From Prasinococcaceae sp. CCMP 1430 (lineage: Eukaryota; Plantae; Prasinodermophyta), in NCBI GenBank assembly GCA_013416795.1, contig RQSC01000004.1, positions 500,854 to 564,853 of the forward strand: a stretch of DNA of 64,000 nt. Reading direction: 5' to 3'. Each line of letters starts with the position of its first letter. The first letter of the stretch is position 1. The notes under the pieces were generated by a model. It saw only the letters and a list, made by a program, of their open reading frames with translations, searched no databases and was not told the origin of the DNA. Below are positions 44,342 to 55,539 of the stretch, one piece after another. The position numbers and the translations under genes are program-made.

Positions 44342-47300
44342 ATGCGGCCGGTGATGGCAGCGCCGACGCGAGCGGGCGCCGCGGGCGGCGGCGGCGCCGC
44401 GATCGCCACCGAAGGCGCCCAAAGGGCGAGCACGTGGTCCGAGTACTTGGCGGCGCTCTGGCGCTCGAACTCGGCGCAGCTGTGCGTGCTGTCGGCGGGG
44501 GTGGCGTACGCGCTCACGTGGGCGTCGGACAGCGCGCTGCTGAACGCGCCTGTCGCGCTCGCCGCCACGGTCGCCGCGGCCAGGCTCGTGTCGCGGGCGG
44601 ACAAGGCAGAGGAGCAGCGCGCCGCCGCCGCGGCGCTCGTGCAGCGCGCCGAGAAGGGTCTGGTCGCCGCCGGCGACGGCGCCGGCCCGGGCGCCGCGGG
44701 CGGCAATGCGACCACCGCCGCGTGGCAGGAGCGCCTCGATCCCGTGGAGGCAGAGGAAATCGAGGCCCTGGTGCGCGCCGTGGTGGACGAGTTCATCCGC
44801 AAGCTCTGGTGGGAGCAGTGGATGCCCGACCGCGCGTTCCCGCGCGAGACCGAGCGGCTGCTAGGCGCCATCATCGCCGAGGTCGTCGTGCGCGCGCGCG
44901 AGGTGAACATGGCCGCGCTGCTGCTGCGCGACGCCGTCGCCGTGGCGGGCGCGCAGCTGGAGTCCTTCCGCCAGGCGCGCGACGTGGCGCTCGGCCCGGC
45001 CGACTCCGCGACGGCCGGGCGGCTCGGCCACGCCGAGCGCTCGCGGCGCATCGCGCGCGCGCTCGCCGCGGGGGGCTCGCTGCATGTCGCGTCGCGCTCC
45101 AAGCGCGCAGAGCACGCGTACTTCGCGCACATCAGCGACGCCATGGTCACGCGCGTGCTGCCCGCGCAAGAGGGGTCGGTGCGCGTCCTTCGCCTGCTCT
45201 CGCGCGAGCTGCTGGCGACGACCGTCCTCACGCCTGTGCTCGGGGCGTGCACGCCCGCGGCCTTCACCTCGCTCCTGGCGAACGTGATCGCGTCGCGCAA
45301 GGAGGCGGGCAAGGCGGGCGTGCCCGGCGAGAGCGGCGCAGGCTACGGGTCGGCGGCGGCTCGCAGCGCCGGCCCGAGCCGCGCGCGTCCGGGTCGCCAC
45401 CGCCGCACCGAGAGCGACCCCGCTTTCTTGCGCCGCCAAGACGCCGAGCAGATGGACCTCGGTACGATGAGCCTCAGCGCCGTGCTCGGCGACGCCGAGG
45501 CGGACGACAGATTGAGTGCGCGCAGCGCCGTCGGCGAGGCCGCTCAGCCGGCGGGCAGCAGCGAGGCGGGCGCGCCGAGGTCGCCCTCGAAGCGAACGCA
45601 CACGCGGGTGGGATCCAATGCCGACGTGGACGCGCTTGTGGCCCAGTCCTTGCCTGACCTCTCGCGCGAGGGCAGTGCGACCGACCGCAGGTCTTCCAAA
45701 GCTATGTCCAGCTCGGTGCCATCGCTGCCCGCCGAGGGCGTGCTCGAGGCTGAGTACGTAGTGGTCGACGAGGACGACGACCCGCTGCGCGGCAGTGGCG
45801 TCGGCGTCGGCGGCACAGAATCACCACAGTCTGCGTCGGGCGGTGGCGACGCCTCCGCGGCCTCGCAGGCAGCGAGCCCGTCGGGCGGTCAGGACGGAGG
45901 TGATGTCTCGTCCTCGCATTCGGCGCCCGACGAATGCGAGGGCGAGCCACTGGCTGCGCTCACGGAAGCGGACCTGCGCGACGCATTCGTGCGGTCGCAT
46001 GTGAGCGTGAGCATTACCAGCTCGGTGATGCGCGAGGAAACTGGCGTGCGCATGCTTCAAAAGCCCGAGTACGTGGCCTACATCCTCACCGTGGCTGCCG
46101 AGGGCGCGTCTTGGACCGTAGAGCGGCGCTTTCGGCAATTCGAAGCGCTACACAAACGCATGCGCGACGTGCCTGCGTACGAAGGCATGGAGCTCCCACC
46201 GAAACGACGCATTCCCGGTCTGGGCAACACGGGCAAGGCCATCATTGGCGCTCGAAGGTGCGATTCGCGTCTGCCACACCGCGCCAGTCCCTGCGCTCCG
46301 TCGCGCGGCCGCGCGCGCGCCGCGGCGCCTGGCTTGGCTCGCCTGGCTGACGCACCTTGGCCTTGGGCGCGGCGGAATCGCAACGGACGTGGATGCACGC
46401 TTGCAGGTACCTGCTTGAGGCATACCTGGTCGAGCTTGTGTCTTCGCCGCGGCTCAAAGTGCACCCTGCCGTGGCGGAGTTTTTGTTGCCGGGCACGTCG
46501 TACGACCCCAGCGGCGACGGCCGCGCGCTGGCGGCGGCAGTGGTGGGGGGGGGCGCGGGACTGTCGGGCGCTGCAGGCGGTGCAGGCGCATCATCGCGGC
46601 GCACGCGCGCGCACAGCGCAGCCACCGCTGCTCAACCCTCCGCGTCTCAGCCCGTTCTGGACGGGCGGGGCAGCCTTGGCGACCGGGATCGTTTCGCGAG
46701 ATCTGACTCGGTGAATTCGAGGCTCTCGGGCACGCCCGAGCACGAGTCCGAATTGAGCACGGCGGAGTCGGGTGCGGCGACGGCCACAGCGCGTTCAACG
46801 CGGCCGCCAATCGCCGCGCCCTTGTCGACGCCGGCGCAGAGCTTCACGGCAGGTGGACGCGGCACCAGGCGCGAGCAGGACGGACGCCTGGTGCAGCGCG
46901 CCGCATCCACGAGGCCGACGCACGGGGAGCCGCCCGACGAGGCCGCGATGGTTGTGTCCGCCTCGCGCCAGCTGGATCACCTGTTCGGGCTGAGCGAGGG
47001 GCTGTACGAGTTTGCCAGCATAGTCTTCAACCTACGCGAGCGTGGGTGGCTGCGCCGACAAGTGGTATGGATCGCCAAGCAGCTCGTCGAAGTGGTCGCG
47101 GGCGAGGCGATGGAGGACGCGCTCTCCAGCGGCATGGACGCGTTGGCGTCCGCGGGCACGCGCGCATATCTGGTCAAGCTCATCCGCGAGACGGTGTGGC
47201 CAGGCGGCGTGTGGTACACCCTCGTGCCCTCGTACAAGGAACGCCTAGAGGAGAACACCTTCGCCGCCGAGATGGTCGTGCGCAAGGCGCTCCTGGATGA

Positions 47301-47580
47301 CCCACAGGTGCCCGACGCCCTGGTGAACCTGATAGGCAAGAAGAGCTGCCGGGCGGGATTACGGGACATACACCAGGCGATATCGAGCGAAGCATTCACG
47401 CGCCAGTTCAGCTTGAGCCTGTTCGAGGTGCTGCTCTGCCACCTCTTTCCTGAGCTCGAGCTGGTTGTCGACGCAGCCAAGGACGAGGCTGCTGACGTGC
47501 TCCGGGCCGAACAGGCGGAGGAGCGGCGTGCTGCCGCCACCGCCTCGGTGGACGCGGACGCGCAGCGCGCGCGCGATTGA
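44342..47580 (+). CDS. PXA-PX-Nexin_C sorting nexin (SNX13/14/Mdm1-like); intron 46258-46406
   Basis: N-terminal hydrophobic helices; PXA (VVDEFIRKLWW..PDRAFP..LLSRELLATTVLTP); PX (YVAYILTV..WTVERRFRQFEALHKRM..LPPKR); splice GARR|YLLEAYL; Nexin_C (VFNLRERGWLRRQV..ETVWPGG..LIGKKSC..LFPEL). Confidence 0.9.
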
Positions 47581-47612
47581 GATCCTACAGTGAGGCGTTC
47601 ACTGCCTTATTA

Positions 47613-50444
47613 TTACACTTGATACCGCCCCCCCACGGCATGGCCCGGCAGGCTCTGCTTGGCCACCTCCTCCTCGATGCGGCGCTTGATGTCGCTGCGG
47701 CAACGCCTGACTGACATTTCGCTCTTGCCCTCGATGAGGATGTACAGTTTGCGCTCGCCAGGTGGCACCTTCAGGCCTGGCTTGACGTAGACACCCTTGG
47801 GCGTGAGCGACACCTCGTGGTTGCGCTCCATCTCCATGAAGGCTTGCTTGTTGGTCACCGCGTACCGCGCGGGCTGGCTGAAGTCGTTGATCTCAATCTC
47901 CGACTGGAAGTGCCCGCGCAGCGAGGGGGGCGCCGCGTGATTCTGCGGCCCGACGGCACCGCCGAGGCGCAGGCTGAGTGACTTGGCCGTTTCGCTCGCC
48001 TTGAGCACGATGGCGTTCTGCGTCCCGGCCACCACCAGTTGTTGCTTGGCCATGGCCTCGGCCGCAGCCTTGGCGGCCGCCTGCGCCGCGGCGCGCTGCG
48101 CGGCGGTCACGCCCGGCGCGTCGCCAGTCCCACTTCCGCCCGCCGTCGAGCTCGAGGGAGCAGCAACGGCGTCGCGCACGCCCAGGCCCGCCGCGATGGG
48201 CTTCAGCACCCCCTTCTCCTTGGCAGCCTTGGAGTTGGCCTCCGCCTTGGCGATGAGCATCTGGGCGTGCTGCTTGGCGCGGTCACGCGCGGCCTCCTCT
48301 GCCGTCTTGACCACGCCATCATCCTCCGAGTCCGACGAATCGCTGTCGGCGCCGTCGCCCGCACCGTCGCCAAACTGCTTGGCCTGCGCCTTGCGCTTCT
48401 TGCTGCCCTTGTCGGCCTCCTCCTTGTCGAAGCGGAAGCCCTTGCCACCGAAGCCAGAGCCCGCGGTGCTGGCCGTGCCCAGAAGCAGCCTCTGCTTCTG
48501 CTGGTAGTTGAGCGCGCGAAGGCCGAGCGGTATGTGCTGGCCACTCTGCTCGAGCGCCTTGATTATGTCGTTCGCGTAGTGCGACTCATCGGTGCCAATG
48601 AACGTGTACGCAGTGCCCTTGTTGCCCGCGCGGCCCGTCCGCCCGACGCGGTGCACGTAGTCCTCCATGTGCGACGGCGTGTCGTAATTGATGACCAGAC
48701 GGCATCCGGGCACGTCCAGGCCGCGGGCGCACACAGACGTGGCCACGATCATGTTGCACACGTCGCTCTTGAAGTCCGCGATGGTCGTGTCGCGGTCGGC
48801 CTGCTCCTGGCCGCCGTGCAGGCTGAGGCACGGGTAGCCCGCGCGCAGGAGGTCCTGGAAGAGCTTGGCACACCTGTCCTGGGAGTGCACAAAGATGATC
48901 ACCTTGCCCAGCTCGAACCACTCGCCGAGGAGCTCGAGTGTGCGCAGGAACCTGTCCTCCTCTGGCCGCACCTCTACGTGCTGGTCGATGTCGCGATTGA
49001 CCACGGACCTGCCGCCCACCAGAATCTCCAGCGGACTGCTGAGCGCCTCCTTGGCGAGCAGCTCGACCTGCCTGGGGAAAGTGGCGGAGAACATGACGGT
49101 CTGGCGGTCGGGGCGCGTGTTTTGTATGATCTTGGTGATCTGCGGCGCGAAACCCATGTCGAAGCACCTGTCTGCCTCGTCGAGAACCAGGAAGCTCACA
49201 CGGCCCAGGTTGGTGACCTTGCCGCCGCCGGCGGTGAGGATGTCGATGAAGCGCCCTGGCGTGGCCACGACGATCTCGCAGCCCGCCTTCATGGCAGAGA
49301 TCTGCGCACCGATTGGGCTGCCGCCGTACGCGGCCACCACGCGCAGGTTCACCGCGCGCGCGAAGCGCCGCGTGTCCTCGTAAATCTGCCGCGTGAGCTC
49401 GCGCGTGGGCGCCATCACCAGCCCCACCATGCCCTCGCCCTGCGCCAGCGGGCGCTGGTCCATCACGTGGCGCAGCATTGGGAGCACGAATGCCAGCGTC
49501 TTGCCCGAGCCCGTCTTCGCGATGCCTATGCAGTCGCGCCCGCTCATGATGGCGGGCAGTGCTTGCGCCTGGATGGCCGTCGGCTTCTCGAACGCCAGCT
49601 TTTTGAGGACACCGAGGATGCGGTCGCTGAGGCCGCACTGGTACCAGCTGCGGATGGGGCACGGCGCGCCCTTGCCGCGCACGCGGATCTCGAGCTCCTC
49701 CTTGAGCGCGGCGCGCGCCTCGGCGCCCATGCGCTTGAGCTCTGGCGCCTCGATGTACAGATCCTTCCGAATGGGCTCGTACGCGACCGCGGCGTGGTCG
49801 ACGCGCGCCATCCTGTCCGACTTGGAGCGCTGGGTGGTCAGCCGCTTCGCCCACTCGGCGTCGGTCTCCTCCTTGGCGGCGCGTCGCGCCGCCTCCTCGT
49901 CCTCGCTGTCTGAGTCCGCCCCGTCCCCGAATCGGCTCAGCGGAAGCTCACGCCCACCTGCGCCGCTCGCACCGCCGCCGCCCTTCCCCCCGCCCGTGCC
50001 GCTCGCACCGTTCGGGGGCGCACCCTCCTTCTCTCTGTCCTCCAGGCGCTGCACCTCGGGCATCACCTCAGCGGCCATGAAAGCGTCGAGCGGATCGACC
50101 TCGTCGTCGGCTGCGGGCTGCTGCTGCGCGGCTTCCGCGCCAGCGCCGGGCGCCGGGGCAGGCGCGCTGCCGCCGTCGTCGTCTGCGAACCCCGGCGGGA
50201 GGCGCTGCTTGGGCGCCTCCTCAGCGAACAACGACGCGGGCCTGCGCGCCCCTGCGCCGCTGCCGCCGCCGCTGCCACCGCCAGCAGCGCCCGCACCGCC
50301 GCCGCTCCCCCCCGCGGCGGCGCCGGCACCGCCGAACGCGAACGCCGGCGCGCCGAACTTAATCGGCGCCGGCTTGGCCTGCGATGGGGACGCCNGCTCG
50401 CGCCGCGCCCCACGGCGCCCCTCCTCGTCCCTCTCGGCCCCCAC
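47613..50444 (-). CDS. DDX46: DEAD-box RNA helicase DDX46/Prp5 (spliceosome assembly); N-terminus disrupted at an ambiguous base near 50395
   Basis: DEVDPLDAFM, RVDHAAVAYEPIRKDLYIE, AKTGSGKTLAF, APTRELTRQI, VLDEADRCFDMGFAPQI, YVHRVGRTGRAG, GFGGKGFRFD, KH-like C-terminus EIEINDFSQPARY..YILIEG. Confidence 0.95.
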   Translation of the reverse strand: MGAERDEEGRRGARREXASPSQAKPAPIKFGAPAFAFGGAGAAAGGSGGGAGAAGGGSGGGSGAGARRPASLFAEEAPKQRLPPGFADDDGGSAPAPAPGAGAEAAQQQPAADDEVDPLDAFMAAEVMPEVQRLEDREKEGAPPNGASGTGGGKGGGGASGAGGRELPLSRFGDGADSDSEDEEAARRAAKEETDAEWAKRLTTQRSKSDRMARVDHAAVAYEPIRKDLYIEAPELKRMGAEARAALKEELEIRVRGKGAPCPIRSWYQCGLSDRILGVLKKLAFEKPTAIQAQALPAIMSGRDCIGIAKTGSGKTLAFVLPMLRHVMDQRPLAQGEGMVGLVMAPTRELTRQIYEDTRRFARAVNLRVVAAYGGSPIGAQISAMKAGCEIVVATPGRFIDILTAGGGKVTNLGRVSFLVLDEADRCFDMGFAPQITKIIQNTRPDRQTVMFSATFPRQVELLAKEALSSPLEILVGGRSVVNRDIDQHVEVRPEEDRFLRTLELLGEWFELGKVIIFVHSQDRCAKLFQDLLRAGYPCLSLHGGQEQADRDTTIADFKSDVCNMIVATSVCARGLDVPGCRLVINYDTPSHMEDYVHRVGRTGRAGNKGTAYTFIGTDESHYANDIIKALEQSGQHIPLGLRALNYQQKQRLLLGTASTAGSGFGGKGFRFDKEEADKGSKKRKAQAKQFGDGAGDGADSDSSDSEDDGVVKTAEEAARDRAKQHAQMLIAKAEANSKAAKEKGVLKPIAAGLGVRDAVAAPSSSTAGGSGTGDAPGVTAAQRAAAQAAAKAAAEAMAKQQLVVAGTQNAIVLKASETAKSLSLRLGGAVGPQNHAAPPSLRGHFQSEIEINDFSQPARYAVTNKQAFMEMERNHEVSLTPKGVYVKPGLKVPPGERKLYILIEGKSEMSVRRCRSDIKRRIEEEVAKQSLPGHAVGGRYQV

Positions 50445-50862
50445 ACCCCGCCGCCCGCTCCGCGCGTCCCGGCGCGGGCTCTGGCGCGGGCGCCGCTAGC
50501 TAGGGCGCGCGCCTCCCGCCCGTGCCGCGGCACCGGCACATCAAAAACTGCCGCCGGCCCCTTTCCCCCCGCGACCGCCGTCGTCATCCCCAGTCTCATC
50601 CTCGGGCTGTCCCGGGTACCAGCGATGGTACCATGATGGTACTGGGACTGGTTGACAGGATTCAAACCCAAACGTGCCCTCCGCCAAAACTGGATGAAAA
50701 GTGCACTCTTCACCCAAAACTAGACCCTACAAACACTTTGATGACCGTAAATGCGCCATAACGCGGGGCTCCGGGAGGCGCCCCGGGGTCGCGGGCGGGG
50801 CCATGCAAGACAATCTGTTTTTTTTTTTTTTTACTGTGTGTGCGTGCAGGACGCCGAGCAGT

Positions 50863-52022
50863 TTACTGCGAGAGCGGGCGCGTTCGCGAGGGCGGTGGCA
50901 TGGCGCCGTCAGCCGGTGTCGAGCGCGACAGGCCCCATCGGTGGGCGCGCGGCGGCTCCGCGCCGGCGCAGTCTCGGGCGGGGCGCGGCACGCGCTCGCG
51001 TGCACGCTCGTGCACTCTCGCGCTCCAACGGCGCCGCGCGCCGCCCGATCACGTACCATTCCGTAGTCGTCGCCGAAGCAGTAGTCGTCCTCCGACTCGG
51101 ACTCCGGGAAGCACTTCTTGCTGCGCAGGTAGGTGAACGCGCCCGCAAGGCCGGTGTCCTTGAGCTTGATGGGGAAGGTGATGCCCGGCTTGCCCTTCAC
51201 GACGAAGGCGCCCTTGGTCTCGCAAATGCCCGGCAGCACCTCGGTGGCGTCCGGCTCGTTGATGAACGCCACCACGCTCTCAACCCACTCCTTGCAGTTG
51301 ATCTTCTCCACGAGCTCCTTGGGCACGTGCGCAACCACCGCCAGCTGATCGTTCGACGCGCTGAAGATCATCTTGCCGATGTGGCCCGAGCCGCCCTTGC
51401 GCTCCTCCGCGTCGGGCTCGACCTCGACGTTCATGGCGTCCATCGCCATCTGCAGCAGCTCGATGTCGCCCTCGGACTTCTCGAGGGTCGTGCAGAAGAA
51501 CTGGAATGGAGTGTGGCGGACGGGCGGATGGATGGGAGGGTCGGACGCGCGCGCCCGCGGCGATGTCAGCGGCGAGCGAGGGGCGCGCCAAGTGCGGTCC
51601 GCGGGCGGCGCGAGCGCGCTTGGGCGCCGGGCGCGCGCGCGCGCTCGGTACGCACCTCCATGCCCAGCGTCATCTCGGCCGCGCCCGCGATGTCGACGGC
51701 CTTCTTGCCGCCCTCCTTCTTCGCGTCCTTGACCTGCTTGGCGCGCTTCTCCTCAGCCGTGGGCTCCTTCTTCTCCTTCTTGGGGGGGGGCGCCTTCTTC
51801 TCCTTCTTCTCCTTCTTGGGCTGCTCCTTCTTGGGCTGCTCCTTCTTGCCGGCCGCGGCGGGCGCCGATGCGCCGGTCACGCCAGCGGGCGTGCCCGGGA
51901 AGGCCTTGGCAAGCAGCGCGGCGACGTGCGAGTACCAGCGCGCGGCGTTGGGCGTCGCCGACGCGTCGGGCGCGGCGCCGACGGCCACGAAGACGTCGAG
52001 GTCGTCCTGCGAGGCCTGGAAG
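50863..52022 (-). CDS. Uncharacterised fusion protein: eEF1B-type N-terminal GST-like segment + Lys-rich linker + C-Ala/DHHA1-like domain; exons 52022-51656, 51500-51057, 50865-50863; first exon not located
   Basis: FQASQDDLDVFVAVGAAPDASATPNAARWYSHVAALLAKAFPG; KKEQPKKEKKEKK; KEGGKKAVDIAGAAEMTLGME|FFCTTLEK..EERKGGSGHIGKMIFSA..LAVVAHVPKELVEKINCKEWVESVV; acidic end ESEDDYCFGDDYGM; strong codon bias. Confidence 0.8.
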
Positions 52023-52644
52023 CTGCGAGGACGTCGCGCCGCGGGGTGTTCGCGGCTCGCCTCGTCAGCGCTTGTGCGCGTGCTTGGCCGAGCGGGCGGG
52101 CCCGCAGGGCGGGAGAGGGTGGGCCGGGGGGGGTCCATGGCGGAGGTCAAGGCCGCCGGCAAGTACCGGCTGGAGTTACGCCCGCGCGCGCCGCGCGGGC
52201 GGCGTCCCCCGCCCTGCAGCGCCGCGGCGCCCTCGAGAGCGCCACCGCACACGCCGATGGCCGCGTCGATCGATGCCCTCGGGAGGTCTCTCTCTCTCTC
52301 GCCGCCTGCTCGCCGTCGGCCGGCGCCGGGCGCAAAGCGCCGCAGCCGCGGAGACGGCGGCTCGGCGGCGGCTGCTGCGACCCGCACAGGCCGCGGCGCC
52401 AAAAGGTGGGGGCATCAGTCGGTCAGATCAGATGATGGATGGCACTGGTACGCACGCACACGGCCGGGGGAGGTTGGGGTGGGGAAGGTCGGGGGGTGGG
52501 TGGGCACCCGACCGACGATCGGCGAGGGCCCTTCGGTCGGAAACCCTCTCTTCTCTCCGGGGCGGGTCGGCGCGTGGGGATGCCAGCGAAGAAACCTCTC
52601 CGCCGTGCGCGTTTCGATCGATCGATCGACTGTGAGGCGCGGAC

Positions 52645-52900
52645 GGCAGGGGGGGCACTTTTTTATTTATTGACGTACTTTCTCGCGAAAATCATCGGGC
52701 GGAGGGCCATCAATGCGCTTTGAAGTGGGATCGCTTTTTTCCTTTTCCCGGGGGGTAGCCGTGGGACGTCACCAAAATCCCTACCAAAAAGCTCTCGCGG
52801 CGCGAAAAGCGCAGGTGCGGGGCCCCCGCAGGGGATCCCAACCAAGCAGATGAAAGAGCGGACGAAATGCGGGTGTGCGGGGGTGGGTTTAGGGGACGAT
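52645..52900. promoter_or_regulatory. Divergent promoter between the eEF1B-N fusion gene and RPL36, with T/A tracts and a telomere-like heptamer
   Basis: ttttttatttattg, cgcgaaaa at ~52684 and ~52801, gggtttaggg at 52885. Confidence 0.5.
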
Positions 52901-54094
52901 ACTGCGAAACGGGTTCGCATTCGGTGGCCATCAATCAAAGGCCATCGATCGATGGATGCTCGTTCATCCGCTGCTCGCGCGGCATCCCCATCCATCCCCA
53001 TGTGGATTGGGGTTCCGCACCGCGTGGCGGCGCCCCGGCGCGCGCGCGCTTCGCGGCGGGCGGCCCCGGGATCGATGGGGGCGCGGGCGCACGGCGCTCC
53101 CGCCCTCGCGCGCTCGCCTGCCCGCTCCCCCCCCCCGCTCCTCCGCGCGCGCTCTCCNNNNNNNNNNNNNNNNNNNNNNNNNNNNNNNNNNNNNNNNNNN
53201 NNNNNNNNNNNNNNNNNNNNNNNNNNNNNNNNNNNNNNNNNNNNNNNNNNNNNNNNNNNNNNNNNNNNNNNNNNNNNNNNNNNNNNNNNNNNNNNNNNNN
53301 NNNNNNNNNNNNNNNNNNNNNNNNNNNNNNNNNNNNNNNNNNNNNNNNNNNNNNNNNNNNNNNNNNNNNNNNNNNNNNNNNNNNNNNNNNNNNNNNNNNN
53401 NNNNNNNNNNNNNNNNNNNNNNNNNNNNNNNNNNNNNNNNNNNNNNNNNNNNNNNNNNNNNNNNNNNNNNNNNNNNNNNNNNNNNNNNNNNNNNNNNNNN
53501 NNNNNNNNNNNNNNNNNNNNNNNNNNNNNNNNNNNNNNNNNNNNNNNNNNNNNNNNNNNNNNNNNNNNNNNNNNNNNNNNNNNNNNNNNNNNNNNNNNNN
53601 NNNNNNNNNNNNNNNNNNNNNNNNNNNNNNNNNNNNNNNNNNNNNNNNNNNNNNNNNNNNNNNNNNNNNNNNNNNNNNNNNNNNNNNNNNNNNNNNNNNN
53701 NNNNNNNNNNNNNNNNNNNNNNNNNNNTCGCTGGGGCGCAGGCCGCGCCTCTGGGGGTTGGGCGCGGCGGGGCAGCCGGACGCGCGCAAGGCGCGCAAGG
53801 CGCGCCGCGCCGTGCGCGCAGCTGCCACGATCGTGCTGGCGACTGCGGTGCTGCGCCGCCATGGCGCGGTTTCCCTCCTCGCAGAGGCTTCCGCCTTGCG
53901 CTCGGGCAGTGTGCCCTGGGGCAGACATGCTGCCGACCATCATCGCGAGTTGGGGAGGGAGGGAGGGGGAGGCGCACGCGCCGCGCCGCCACCCGGCGGG
54001 CTTAGGAGCGCAGCGTGCTGCGCCGCGCGGACTGATGAGCTGACGTCGACGCCCTCGCCCCCGGCGCACGCTCGCTCCCCTCTGCGCCCCACAG

Positions 54095-54307
54095 GTGAAG
54101 GGCAAGCGCGTGGCGTTCGTGCGCTCGCTCGTGCGCGAGGTGTGCGGCCTCGCCCCGTACGAGAAGCGCCTGTGTGAGATGCTCAAGGTCGGCCGCGACA
54201 AGCGCGCGCTGAAGCTCGCCAAGGCCAAGCTCGGCACGCACACACGCGCCAAGCGGAAGCGCGAGGAGATGCAGGCGTACATGCGCTCGCAGAAGCAGAA
54301 GAAGTAA
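54095..54307 (+). CDS. RPL36: 60S ribosomal protein eL36 (L36e), last exon; upstream exon(s) not visible, probably in the N-gap
   Basis: [56 protein letters not shown]; acceptor cccacag| at 54094 with a CTGAC branch point at ~54040. Confidence 0.96.
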   Translation: MKGKRVAFVRSLVREVCGLAPYEKRLCEMLKVGRDKRALKLAKAKLGTHTRAKRKREEMQAYMRSQKQKK

Positions 54308-55539
54308 GCAAACCGCAGGACGGCAGCGGAGCCCGACCTCACTCCTCGTCGCCGTCTCGCGCGCCGATCGCTGCCGCCGCGAGCTCCTCCCCCCCCCTTG
54401 CGTGCACGCGCGCACGCGCACGCGCGCACGCATCTCTCTCGTGACAGGACCGCGCCACTCTCGCCTGCCAGCGCGCCCCCTGCACGCGCCCTTCCCCGTC
54501 CAATTCCTCCCCCCCCCTCCCCTGCCCCCACCCACTCAGGGGTTCCGCCGCCGTGCCCGGGTTCCGCCTGGCCCGGCGGCGCGCCCCCGCTCGAGGCGGC
54601 CTGCGCGTTGACCTGGGCCGCCGGCCCGGAGCGGGAGGCTCCGCCGGCCGCCGCGCGGATCCGGAACCTCCTCTCCCTCTCCCGTCCGACCGAGCCGCAC
54701 GCGCCGCGGCAGCAGAAACCCTGGGACGCATGGACGTAGCGCCGCGCGCGCGCCGCGTCGCCGACAGGAGACGGAGTGGTCATGGCGGGAATTTGATCGA
54801 TTCGGACCGACCGCTGCCTCCTCCTCTGCATCTCTCGCAGCTTGCCACCTCCTCGCTCGTCGGTCAGTGTGGTCGGTGGGCGTCCGCGCGCGCGCGGCCT
54901 CGCGCCCATTTTCCTGTTTGTTTCGGGGGTCGGCGGCGCGCGCGTCGGTCGGAGCGCGCGCGTGCGCCTGGGGAGCGTTTGGGAGGCGCGCGCAGCAGTC
55001 ACTGCGCACTGCGCACCGTCCGTCGCACCGAGCGCGCGGTGCAGGTGGCGCCGGTGGCGCGGGNNNNNNNNNNNNNNNNNNNNNNNNNNNNNNNNNNNNN
55101 NNNNNNNNNNNNNNNNNNNNNNNNNNNNNNNNNNNNNNNNNNNNNNNNNNNNNNNNNNNNNNNNNNNNNNNNNNNNNNNNNNNNNNNNNNNNNNNNNNNN
55201 NNNNNNNNNNNCGCATCGGCGGGCCGCGGGTGAAGCCGAGCGCGCGCCCTCCACGGCGCGGCGGAGAGGGGCGGCGGGCGGCCCAGCGCACCACCAGGCG
55301 CAGCGGCAACCGACGCACCCGCAGCGAGGGGCAACCGCGGAGCACGAGCTCCGGCGAACCCCCGAACACCAGCAGCAGCAGGCGCGCGGCTTCGCTGCGA
55401 GCGCGCTGCCCGTCCTGCCGCCCGCGCGACCGCCCCCGCGCTAGCTAGAGGGGCGGGGCAGGCGCGCCGCCGTGCGACGGTGGATTTTTACGATTTTTTG
55501 CACATGTGCTCGAGCGCGCGCGCACGCCCACGTGCCTAC

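Noticed and set aside
43364-46714. 1116-aa ORF suggesting an exportin-nexin fusion
   Set aside because: It crosses an n at ~44243, starts antisense to the WD40 gene and reads into the nexin intron.
52137-52165. ATG GCG GAG GTC AAG GCC GCC GGC on + as a possible RPL36 first exon
   Set aside because: Weak donor, no AVGLNKGH motif, and a promoter-like region plus a gap lie between it and the RPL36 exon.
54030-54045. TGATGA followed by CTGA in the RPL36 intron (C/D snoRNA or hammerhead CUGAUGA core)
   Set aside because: The boxes are adjacent with no guide region and no later CTGA or GAAA stem; CTGAC is best explained as the branch point.
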